Under the pieces are notes generated by a model. That model saw only the letters and a program-made list of their open reading frames with translations. It had not been told where the DNA came from and searched no databases. This document shows positions 1 through 11,915 of a stretch of 64,000 bases of DNA, piece after piece. Numbering within the stretch: the stretch's first letter is position 1; the number at the start of each line of letters is the position of its first letter. The stretch comes from Botryllus schlosseri. Its lineage: Eukaryota. The stretch is from contig CM119377.1 in NCBI GenBank assembly GCA_051294905.1, positions 9,672,001 through 9,736,000 of the forward strand. Reading direction: 5' to 3'. Position numbers and translations under genes: made by a program.

Positions 1-2276
1 AAACGACATAAACGTGTTTGCTGAATCTACATAGCTAGGAATAAATACTGCATCACGCAGACGTCGTGACGTTCATCTGAACAAATTGATCATACGCACT
101 TATACGCCATGTATACGCGCTTGAAAACAAAGGAAGCAAGCCTTAACGCACGCATATACGTCCGCACTGTTCATGTATTTCCACCACACTCGCTGCAGCC
201 TGCATTGCAAGCGGAAGCATCTTATTGTGGGTAACAGCTATACGATATTAGTTAACGCATAGAAGCGCGATGAATAGAAGCATTGCACTGGTGCATGCAC
301 TCCATACAGCGTGTATAAAAACCGCTAAACATCAAGTATCAACCTTCCTCACCCAGTTATTCATGCAGAAATACTGCTTGGTTATAGTTCGAATGTGCTC
401 GTTCTATTAAATTATTCAGGAATCCGTTCCTGATGGGATACAGAAAGATATGTTTGACATGATAATGATTAACGCAGATGAATGCAAACCTTCACTGTCA
501 GCGTGACGACCAAATGTCAGTCAATGCTCAGCAAATCCAAAAACACGCCAGACGAGGCAGCCAGTAACATTTTGAGGTGCAATATAGGCAGCTGAAAATC
601 ATCTAGCTAGGCCACACGGCCGATATCGTCTCAAGATCAGAAAAATCCCACTCCGTCTTTACTTCTGATCCTGATGCTGATTATTTCGCGAGAATATCTA
701 ATAAATTCCAAAATCGATTTGAATCCACGCACGGAAATATGGTTTATAAGATCCCGAATCGAGTACAGCTGAATCGTTTTATATTTATAACCACCAGCGA
801 CATTATCCAATTCAACAGCCACGCAAAAGTTAATTGACCCAATGTTTAATTTAAATTAAAAAATACTTGTCGCTCAAGTGGCAGAGCTGTAGAGCCAACA
901 GACTTCTAGATTGATCGATATAGGTTCGAACCCATTTCGTGCCCGACTTCAGACTTACTTGTACAATGTACAGTACATGTACGGTACAACTGTGAGTAAT
1001 GAGTGTCCACTGTCCATCCATGATCCATAGCTTCCTTGCCAAGAGTTGTATTTACTGTATTAAGGCACAGCACCTAGTAATGTTGCAATTACTCGCATTC
1101 GCCTATGTTTCACAACGGTGAGCATTGTATAACTGCTGGTCGGGAGGTTGCAAAACCAACCAATGTACATGTACATTGTACAACGCCTAGCATAAATTCC
1201 TACGAACATTTTCAGCAACGAATTTTGACACTTGGCTCTCATATAATACGGTACTATTCCAAGAAACAAAATTGTATATCAGTCAGGCCACTTGCACAGC
1301 ACGTTGTCAGGCCACTTCGGTATCCGGATATGTCAGGATCGAAGGATTTAACCAACATGCCGCGGTCCAACATCCAGCGGTGTAGCGGTTCGGGGTGCGG
1401 CGTAGTTCCGAGTTTATTCCACCAACTCTATACAGCTGGTTAAATTAAACTGCCTGTCCCAACAGTATTCGGATTCATGTGAATATGGAGTGGAAATTTA
1501 TATTTGTATCCACATATCGAGAGAAGAAGGCTCGACGCTTCCTAGTAAATTTTATATTTAATCGATATTCATTTTCCTATCGCGTTTTTGAGATATGTAA
1601 TAATTCATGTGAAATTTACTTTATATCGCGAAGCTCTCATAAGCCGTCGCCGTCCAATTACAATTCGCTACTTTCAAGTCATCGATAAACCGACTCAAAA
1701 CCCAATCACATTTCTCTCGCGGTTCCAAGTAAATCATTGAAAGTAGGCAAATCGATGGTCAAATAACAGATGAGGGAAATTTAATAGTGCAGATGGAGGT
1801 GTTCTGCATTCTTTCAGGCATATATGTCGGATAGAATGCATAGGAATCTTTGTAAGCTCCGAGCACTCTTATCCTACCACAGTCAAACATTCGGAAATTT
1901 TTAACTTCTGAGATATGAATGCATATCATGCCGGTACGTGTAAACCAGTAGTCACACACGGCGGCGAGTATAATAGTCGCGGCACGTTCCATCGCTGCAT
2001 CAGCAATGGGCTGCTGGTTCCATTTCGATCATACTACAGAATTCTGTGGTCTGTAGGTTTATCGATAGGTTTCTCATTGCCATGTCGCTCGCAGAATTCG
2101 TCTCTCACAAAAGCCTAACAAAAGTGGGTCGTGCTATGTCGGCAGTATAGGAATTATGAGTACGAATTATATTTGACCTTTTGTAAAATGATTACGATTT
2201 AGGAACACCACAACAGGAACAACAGCGCATTACAATATCCAGGACTCTTTGCTATATGCCTGTGTGGATAGGATAG

Positions 2277-2652
2277 TAGGGTTACCATATTTTGGAAATC
2301 TGAAAAGAGGACACTTTTTCAAAATTTTCAGACTTGCAATACCGAGGAAAATCCTGAAAAAATAACTAATTTTTTGCACTTTGTGGTCGGTTCACTAAAA
2401 AAACGCCAACTTTCTGGCTCAGGTACCAAAAATACAATTTTTCTTTCACATCATGGTTTGGTTGACTAAAAAAGGGTCAACTTTCAGGCTCATCTCTCGA
2501 AATAGCCACCGGAGCGTTACTTCAGTGCTGACTTACTGTATCTCAGTCGAATTTTGCCCTATATTTAACCAAAATTCTCAAAAAAGAGGACAAAATCTCA
2601 AAAAAGAGGACAAATCCTCTTGAAAGAGGACGTATGGTAAGTGGTAACCCTA
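2277..2652. mobile_element. Non-autonomous hAT-type MITE (TAGGGTTACCA termini)
   Basis: 11-bp TIR TAGGGTTACCA...TGGTAACCCTA; perfect 8-bp TSD TAGGATAG (2269-2276, 2653-2660); subterminal AAAGAGGAC repeats. Confidence 0.9.
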
Positions 2653-2784
2653 TAGGATAGGACGTTTGCACCTATGTCCTTTGATGTTTTTGCGGCATAT
2701 ACACCAAACCATGTAGCATAGCAACGCCATATTAGACTGACACACCAACGGTCCATAACTGCACATGCACATCCACATGCGTAC

Positions 2785-3781
2785 TAGGGATGGGGTGAGC
2801 GTGAGGTTCACGTTCGCGTTCTGTGTGTGAACCTCAGAAATTTAGAGGTTCACGTTCACAAACGAACCTTGGTAGGTTCTGCACTGTGAGCCTTTTTCAT
2901 ATATTACAATTTTCACTTCATTATAACATCTTTCGTTGAAATTTATTGCATTTCAACTGCGGGCCACTCTATGCATGGCGTTGGCAGCATAGAAAAATCA
3001 GCACTAAACAAGCCTGCACCTTGAAAATCTCAAAAATTTTACTTGTTTTGTTACAAAAGTTTGCTCGAAACTTTCCGTTTGTGAATATTTATTGACTTCC
3101 TGCTGTGAGATTGACCCGCAATCACCCAGCATCAAGAACAAAATACACTACATGTATAGGATTGTAGGTAGTCAGCGAATGATGCTTATTCAACCAATCA
3201 ATGAAATTGATATCGTTGTCTGATGTAAAAAATCTAGCAGGCGTACGGGGTCAATCTTGCTTGCATTATAACATAAAAACCAAATCCGTGCGATCGGAGT
3301 GTTGGGTACTGCTGTATAGCTTGTTAATGGGGTAATATCGGTAGCAAGAATAGAAACCCGTTTTACACTCTGCTCAATTAATCAACGTAGCAATACTCAG
3401 ACGCCGAATACAATGTCCGGTCTGGCCTATACCGTTAAGGCGTAAGCTTATATTCCCTTGTAAGTCCTCGTCGTAATTGTTTGCAGAGCGACGGAAGATA
3501 TTGATTTTATGGGATTAATATACCATTTGATTGCCCCAGTTGATACATTAGGCGACGTTAAAACGTCAATATGTACTTCAGCATTGTGGCATTATGTGAC
3601 CCGAGTCGTCGCTAGGTATTGTGTACACTGTACAGTAATATAGGCTGTCACTTCGCTGAAATGTAGGGTTGGAATTGCAATATGACGTCACGTGACGTCA
3701 TGAGGTTCACGTTCGCGTTCACACAGAACATTTCAAAAAGGTTCGCGTTCACACGAACCTGAACCTTTCAGAGGTTCCCTA
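2785..3781 (+). mobile_element. ~1-kb non-autonomous DNA element (TAGGGATGG...CCCTA), copy 1
   Basis: TAGGG/CCCTA termini and subterminal GGTTCAC/GTGAACC arrays; alignable along its length to an inverted copy at 6118-7310. No clean TSD. Confidence 0.8.
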
Positions 3782-5223
3782 GTACTACTGTACACTATGA
3801 ACTGATAGTATAAAGTGTGTAAGAAAAAGTACATCACATCAGAAGATGGGCCGGAAAACTATGGCTCGCGTGTCATATATGGCTTGTTTTTGAGATATAA
3901 TATGGCTCTCTCCGGTATATTTTGAATTTTGCACCTAATTCTCATCGTATTTTACGATAATGCTCCGACTTTTCATAACGGCCAGAATCTTATCCTTGTG
4001 ATATCTGATACAAGTCTATATGTTTGGTCAAGAGAGTGGGGTATCCAAAAGGGTTTCCTGGTCCGATGCACCTCACCCAAGTAGCTATGCTGGAGTGTCG
4101 CATGCTTAAATCTCGGCCAACCGTTTTAATTAGAGCGGTTAATATAGTATCACATAACGAATCCTACGTGGTCAACTTCGATTTTGTACCACCATAATGT
4201 CACGGATCTTTAATGGCGACGTAGCAGTTATGCGACATCGTTGTATGACTCCTTGGGAATTACCATTGAAAATATAGGACTTCTCACGAAAGAGGTATCC
4301 CACCCCTTAATTAGAAAATATAGAAAATACAGTCGCAACATAATGACAATAAAAGTATGATGTAGTGTCATTTTACAGATGCATCTGACACAAACAACGT
4401 ATGCCATTTCTTTTAGTAAGGAAATGTCATACGGAAAATTGTTAAGTTGAAAATATATTTGATATAACAATGCGTAATACAACATCCGTGCGCTTTAAAT
4501 TGTTCGTATCGTACGCAAATGTATGTTGATTTACAGATTCAAGTGCATAATTTCTTCGAGATTTCCACGAATTTTAGATAGCGTCTAATAGAATGGATGG
4601 TGAAATTTGTTAATATAATTTTCAAGCAATATGGTTATGTACGAAACCTATCGATTTTATCACAATAATATGTAAAAGTGTACAAGAACTCATCACCATC
4701 GCAGTCATTCACAAATCCTTGTATGTAGATCAACGCATGAAAGAATTCATGAAAAACAATATAGCGAATACTACTGGTAGATGTCTTACGCAACAGTCAT
4801 TATTATGGATTACGCTTATATATAAGATCAGCCGGTTTGAAAAGTGGTTGTACAACTCACGAAATGTTTCGCCTGCGGGTGAATAGGATTTCAGAAGCTG
4901 GTAAAGACGAACCAAGCAGTTTTCTCACTCCCGGTGCATAGCAGAGAGGTTTTTTCGGGAGAAGAGACTGTGACGGCAATTTGTCAAAATGTATTTAGGC
5001 ATAACCTATGAATCCCGTGGAAACTGATCAGGATTTAATTTAACACGGATTCAGACTGTGCCATGTATAGCAGCGGTGTGTTATCTACAAAATTTGAGTC
5101 GTTGATCACAGTTTACCATTGCAAAATATTGAAAACTACCGCTATTTGGTGATACATCCAATATCATGAATATTTTCGCAGATCTAGATCCTTATAGATT
5201 GCATATAGCCGGGTATTATCAAT

Positions 5224-8200
5224 ATGTCTATAAGAGAAAAATCGCCTATTCCGGATATGATTGAAGATGAGCAGGAAGACGACCCCGCAGAAGAGTAAGT
5301 TACTTAAAAATATAGCAATGAACCAGAAAACCGACAACCATTGTATATACGCAATTTGCTTGTTCGGATATCACCAAATACTTTGTTTCAATACTTTTTG
5401 AACAGTCGACGATCATGGCCGTTTGGCAGCTATTTGATCACGGCTCGGAGGAGATCAGTAATTAAGTTGGCGTCTTCAAACTTTTTATGTATAGTCTAGG
5501 TGCGAGGCTGAGTTTCCGATTGTGTAGCCAACAGCCTCTTCCGGGAGAGGGTCGGTTGTGGTATAGTTCTGTATCCCATGCGCCTACTTAGTGAATAGAC
5601 AAACACAAACTTTCTATGTAGTATAGCTACGCTCGCCTAGTAATATGGCATACGAGCGCGCAACTATGATCTTTACATTCATCCAGTTTCTTATGGTGGT
5701 TTCTCATTCCCAGAACTTTCAAAATGAGAATGGCAGCGTCCCCACATCACACCAACCCGAGGTCGAGAACTTTGCTAGCTTGGAAAGAGACGATGCCGAT
5801 CGAGGACTTCAGATATGTCCGTCAGCAAAAGAGGAAACAGAAAAACGTCCCCACAACGTACGTTGAAGCCTGGCTGTCATCAAATTTCTGGCACCGATAA
5901 TCCGCATTTTGTCATGTCTGAATTCTATTTAGGGTCGCGTGGAGCAGCGATTAAAATGATTTAGGAATCAAGTGTGACAGTCGGTAATATTTGATTCCTT
6001 CAAGTATCGAAAATTATTTCCTAAAAATGCTTTTAAACCAAAAATGCATAAAACATGGGCCATATTTTAATTTAACCACGTCCAGCTAGGGTTGAACCTA
6101 AAACAAAAGGTGTTTTATAGGGATGGTGTGAACTTCTGAAATGTTCAGGTTCTGTGTTACTCCGAACGTGAACCTCATGACGTCACGTGACGTAATATTG
6201 CTAATTCCAACCCTACATGTCAGTGAAGTGATAGCCTATATTAATGTACATTAGGGGTGTTTAAAGATGACTTTTTTTCTCAAATTGTACTGGCTACTTG
6301 ATAAAATTGTTTGGTTACCTAATTCAATTCACCCCATGAAAGAGTTAGGTTGTCTATAGAAACGATGTTCACCAAATTTGGTACGATTTCAACCAGCGGA
6401 AGCGGAGTTATTGCCGCCGAAAAAGTTTGATTATCAATAAAATAGTATTTTCGGTGACCAATTTTTTAATTATTTATTATGGGTGTGCCGACCGTAAATA
6501 CTATTTTATTCAAATCCAAATTTTTCGACGGTAATAACATGGCACAAGCACGGTGGCGGAGGGATCAGTGGCCGCAGACGCCCCCTCTAAAGCCTACTTG
6601 TGCCAGCCGTTTGCACCTAAACTTGTAAGAGAAACAGGAAGGAAAAATGTAAACGAAGAAGCAACCTAATGGGTGCTTTGTGTCCAATGACACAGTTGTA
6701 CACACTACACAGTGGCTAGCGATGACTCGGGCCTCATATTGACACAAGGCTGAAGAACATATTGACGTTTTAAACGTCGCCAAATGTATCAACTGGGACA
6801 ATCAAATATAATAATCCCATGAAATCAATATCATCCGTCGCTTTGCCAAGAATTTCGTAAATTACTTGCAAGTGAATATAAGCTTACGCCTTAACGGTCT
6901 AGGCCAGACCGGACAATGTATTCGGCGCGAGTATGACGCACGTCGCTCTTGATGTTGTGTGACTGCGGGTCAAGCTCACAGCAGACGAGTCACTAAATAT
7001 TCACCAACGGAAAGCTGGATATTTTGAGCAGACTTTTGCAACAAAGCAAGTAAATTTTTTGAGATTAGGTCAAGGTGCATGCTCGTTTAGTGTTGATTTT
7101 TTTACGCTATACCAGCGCCATGCAAAGAGTGGCCCGCTGTTGAAATGGAATAAAGTTCAGCCAAAGATGTTATTAGAAGTGGAAATTGTAATATATGAAA
7201 AAGGTTCATAGTACAGAACCTACCGAGGTTCGTTCGTGAACATGAACCTCTAAATTCCCGAGGTTCACACACAGAACACGAACGTGAACACCACGCTCAC
7301 ACCATCCCTAGTGCTTTAAAACATGTTTTAAACAGTGTTTAAATAAATGCCTTTTTATGAAAACAAAGTCGTGTCTTTTTCAAATGTTGTATAATTATGC
7401 CATAGGCAACCATAATTATGTTGATACTTTCATAAAACGCAGTATGAACCGTTTACGATTTCCATATAGTCGACTCATACGAGTGGAATGGTTGGTAGTC
7501 ACGAAATCATCGTCGGTTGAAACAGTTATAGCAATAGTAGTTATAGATGATTGGTACAAAATGGATGTTCTGATAATGATGACCGCCGACCGTAAAAATG
7601 CTGTATATCGATGTATTGCTATAGTCAGAAATATTTTTTGTCCGTTTAAGACGGGGGTACGGAGGCCTTTTTCATCAATCAGACATATTCACCCTGTATT
7701 TTCAATTGTCGATATCAATCCACTGTGACGTGACACTGAAATATTCTTGACTAAATTGCTAAAAAAACAATAAAAAACATGATTTAAACAACGACAATTT
7801 TTATACATGTTTGTTCTAATTAATTTTTGTTTTAAATGCAACGCTACGCCTCTCTTTATTTAAAAAATTACAATATTCGGCTCCTTCGTATGCATCTGCA
7901 TGACATAGAATGCCCGAAAGTTCATCTTGATTTTCAATGATACCGTTGATGTCTCCAAGGGGACGAAAATATGGCTTGTCCCCCCTAAACAAATAGACCA
8001 GTGACAGTTTTTCATCTGTATGTGCTCACTACGACGTAATAATTCCATAAAGTTCCATCACTATTGGTAAAATTATTTTCACCCATTGATTCTGGATTTA
8101 CTGATAGAAGCTACGTAAGGAACTGGTTATATCCAGGGTGTGTCGTAGTTTCATTTCGCATACTGCCGCTATTTCTAGTGCAAGATGACGTCACGAGCAT

Positions 8201-8850
8201 GTTACGCGGCCTTTCAAGAGTCATTTTTACCTAATCACGCGGTTTTGTAAAGAAGAACACTCTAAAAACACATTTGATTAAAATATATTTTAATCATGTG
8301 TGTTTTAAAACGCGGTTTGGGCATATGGATCACGGCTGCGAAGATTGATACCAAGCAAGTCGTTTTATTGATTACAATCTATTCAAACATATGAGTATGG
8401 ATACAAGGGTCGGCTCGGTATTGAATATTGATGCACTCGGTAGCGCAGGACCGTATAGCCTATGATTGAAGATGAATGGACTATATTACGAAAAAATTCT
8501 AAAAATAACCCAAGGGCATCTAAAGCGAGGATATCTCCTGATATAGACATCTAACGCGACAACGGAGTTACATAATGTTATCCTTAAGTTTGGCTGTATC
8601 CAACTTGCATATGTTAGGGATGGCGTACCTCGTGCAGCATATTAGAATGTCTTTTATCAAACCGCAATAGATCACAGTTACTATATATACCCACAGGATG
8701 TCGGACTACAAGGAACAACATTTGATCATTGCTAACCGTTTGGCCGAGATGGAAAAGCGTCGTGTTGGAACAAGATACCTTCCGAAAGACCACACTGGCA
8801 GCGGAAAGAAAAAGGGCGGAAAGAACGGCTCCGACTGCGTCATATGCTGA
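5224..8850 (+). CDS. Uncharacterised 122-aa protein with C-terminal polybasic tract and CaaX box; exons 5224-5294, 5714-5857, 8697-8850
   Basis: Phase-2 donors GTAAGT and GTACGT with pyrimidine-rich CAG acceptors join into one open frame: MSIREKSPIPDMIEDEQEDDPAEETFKMRMAASPHHTNPRSRTLLAWKETMPIEDFRYVRQQKRKQKNVPTTMSDYKEQHLIIANRLAEMEKRRVGTRYLPKDHTGSGKKKGGKNGSDCVIC*. Confidence 0.72.
6118..7310 (-). mobile_element. Inverted copy 2 of the ~1-kb element, carrying a ~445-bp nested insertion (~6251-6698)
   Basis: TAGGGATGG...CCATCCCTA termini; reverse-complement similarity to 2785-3781 is interrupted between two TGTACA words. The insert resembles the foldback family at 41800. Confidence 0.75.
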
Positions 8851-9805
8851 TTCTGACAGAATATCGTCGAACTATATATATGCACAGACCCAAGATTTTA
8901 TATAGTGACGATAAGTGCGGCCAGGGTGGCCACGATAAGTCGAAGCCGTGGGAAGTTCGTTACGAATTCAATCATCTTTCCTCGGCCTCCTGTCTGTTTG
9001 AAAAGGCAATAGGCATGTAGATCTCAGCCGTAGGCTACCCTGCTTTCCTTGTATAACTGGTCTCTAGCAAATCGTAATGACTGCGGTTAAAAGTGTCCTG
9101 TAAATTATATTGGTTGACGATATACTGCCCCGACGTGCCAATCTTGGTAAAGCAAGCAGTCTCACTACCGCACTATAGTGACTGCGATGTCGTGCACACG
9201 CATACGTTGTATCACATCAAAATTACCACTGAATATACCTCCCTCTATACTCCGTTATCCAATTTGCAAACCGGCTGCGATAGACAAAAAAGGGTTGCCA
9301 TCTCGGCACATCCGCCGCCTCATCTACGATAAGTTCCAAGAGTGCTAAGCAAAATATTTCAAGTGGACAAAGGTATTACTTTCTGTATTCAAACAATCCT
9401 GACATTGAAAATTTATCAGTGCGCAATACTCTTGATAGCCACAAAATGTGGAGCGGCTAGTAACTAGTAACAGAAATGTAAAAAAATGATACTTATATAT
9501 CTCTTCCCTGTTTCCTGCCCGATATCCAGTATAAAACAATAACATGCTGCAATTTTCGAATACGAAAACAGAACTATACAAAAATCATTTATGATTAGAC
9601 CAATCAGCTCAGTTTTTTTCACGTTGGGCGTGTTAAAAAATACATCTTCTGAAATTACAGCTGGATTCTTCGATATTAGGACAGTGGCAAAAGACAACTT
9701 GGTAAAAGTTCAATTATTCAGTTGAGGAGAGCATACAACAATGACATTCATGATCGAAAGCATATAATTCTCAAATATAGGCTTTTCGAAGTACAGAACT
9801 TCAAT

Positions 9806-10050
9806 ATTGCAGCAAACAATACGTTCATATTGTCATATTTATTCCACTGGAAGCTTTTCGACTGGCTCTCTTCAGCAGTGAACGCCGTTCACGACTTGTG
9901 TACTTGTCATTATTACGTCACAACGACAGAATTCTTTCTACATTTCGAACTTGGTTAACCTTATTTACTGGCGTTCACTGCTGAAGAGAGCCAGTCGAAA
10001 AGCTTCCAGTGGAATAAATACGACAATATGAACGTATTGTTTGCTGCAAT
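9806..10050. repeat. Inverted repeat with 81-bp arms and ~83-nt spacer
   Basis: 9806-9886 is the near-perfect reverse complement of 9970-10050. Confidence 0.9.
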
Positions 10051-11915
10051 TCTCATATACGAGACGAGATTTTATGTCTGCGCAGAACTTATATTTCCCC
10101 GCAGAAATCGAAAACCACTAGTCTAAACTTCCCCAAAAGCTTCAGAAAATAGGACAAGATGTTGGCTAAACCGACAGAAGAGATGTATTTCTGAACACCC
10201 CAATCGTACAAAGACCCAGTAACAGAGGTAGAGGAACAATTGCGAGCAAATATGGAGAATCAAGAAACAAAAGAATTTGCGGCCCGGATGTAGATTTCCT
10301 CAGTATTATACTGTCCAGCTTCAGGTAAACGTGACCCATATATTCCGAATTATTTTTCCGTGGGCAACGCACACGAGCTGTAACCGTTTTCTCTGTCTTG
10401 GCCCGTCATCGAAATATACCCGGGTACGCTCGCGACCTCAGTTTGGTACAATTTCAAGGGAATAATTCAGATCATTCGCGCACGTATACATCGGCGGAGG
10501 AGAATGCAAAAGCCCATCAACGGCTGCAAGATTTTTGAATTTATAACATTGTAGCATCGCACAACGCAACGAAATATAGCAATCTATTACCGGCGACTCT
10601 GATTATGCATATTGTTAGCCGGATCAAAGCAGCGAGCAATACAATGTTCAGAAATAATGCTTCAATGGTAGGTACATGGACAGTGAACACACGCGCAAGC
10701 GACACTTTAGGATGTGGGTTAACGTTAGGATTAGATTTAGATTTGGCGTTAGTTTGGGAGGTACAAACTTGCATGCTAAAGTGTCGCATGAATAACTGTC
10801 GTTATTATTGTGTTGCATGCTGAATTGTTGGGACACCCCTGGTAGGCTGGGTAACGTATTTTGTGTAGCGGAAACCTTTTCCAACACGGACTGATAGGAC
10901 TCGTGAAGAAACGTTCTGCTTTTGATTTCATTTCCAGCGGCACTAGACGCCACACAGACGCGTTGACAGATTGAAAACGAACGGAGCGTATAAACGCCGG
11001 CGACAAAGCATCGCAACCTTGTACAGAACGATGCAGAACCATACGGCCTGATGTGTTATGAGAATGTCTGCATTTGGGTGCGACAGTAGCAGAAGTGGGC
11101 AAAGTTGTCAGCATTGCTTCTCAAGCAGAAGTAGGCAATGAGTAATGACATGAATTTCTACTCGAGCACAAGTGGAATTAGCTCTTTCGAAGACACGCCA
11201 AAACTATCTCAAGTAGAGGTGGGAAACGGATGAATCGAAAAAGCACCAAGTCGGACGTGTCAGTAACTCTTACCAAAAATTGGAAGCGAGCTGCATTGCC
11301 AAGATGCATCTTCGAGCCAAGGCAATATCACTTTTGAGTGTTGACTCCATACAGACAGAGCATTTTTCGACACTAAAGTTTCATACTATCGTACAGGGGC
11401 TATTTATTATTCACTCACCGTAGCGACACAGTTCAATCCCGAAACCACTTTTTACTTTACAAAAGCCGAAGTACATGATCAGATTGGGAAAAAAGCCAAA
11501 GTGTATAAAGTAGTTTTGCATCAGTCAAAAACTCTTCAGTAGAGGTGCAAGTAGTTTAAAAACACATCCAATCGAGTAAGAAGCTGGAGTATAGACAAAA
11601 CCTACTCGAGTACTCCGTCACAGTAGCAATGCTCCATCACTAACCACCTCTGAATACTCGGATGTGACTACCCGACCTTTCGTCACAGACATACCCAGGA
11701 TGAAAATTCGGCCGATGTGATTGAACAATACGAAGTGCCAAAATTCAAAAACAACAACGATGGGCCACGGATCCATTGTGACGGGGTTGAACTTGATGGC
11801 GTCACGACGACAAAGCCGAAAATTGTGAGGAAAGACGCTTCACTTCCCCACAGTTGCGTCGCCTCTGGGAGTCGGCCGAACGCATCAAGCCTTTGATCAC
11901 GCCCGCTCTCAAAAA

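Noticed and set aside
8698-8850. G-protein gamma subunit assignment for the CaaX exon
   Set aside because: It lacks the GGL-domain motifs (DPLL, NPF) and is better explained as the last exon of a three-exon gene.
10160-11130. Further ETS exons or a separate gene among the 60-120 codon ORFs
   Set aside because: No phase-consistent splice path or recognisable domain on either strand.
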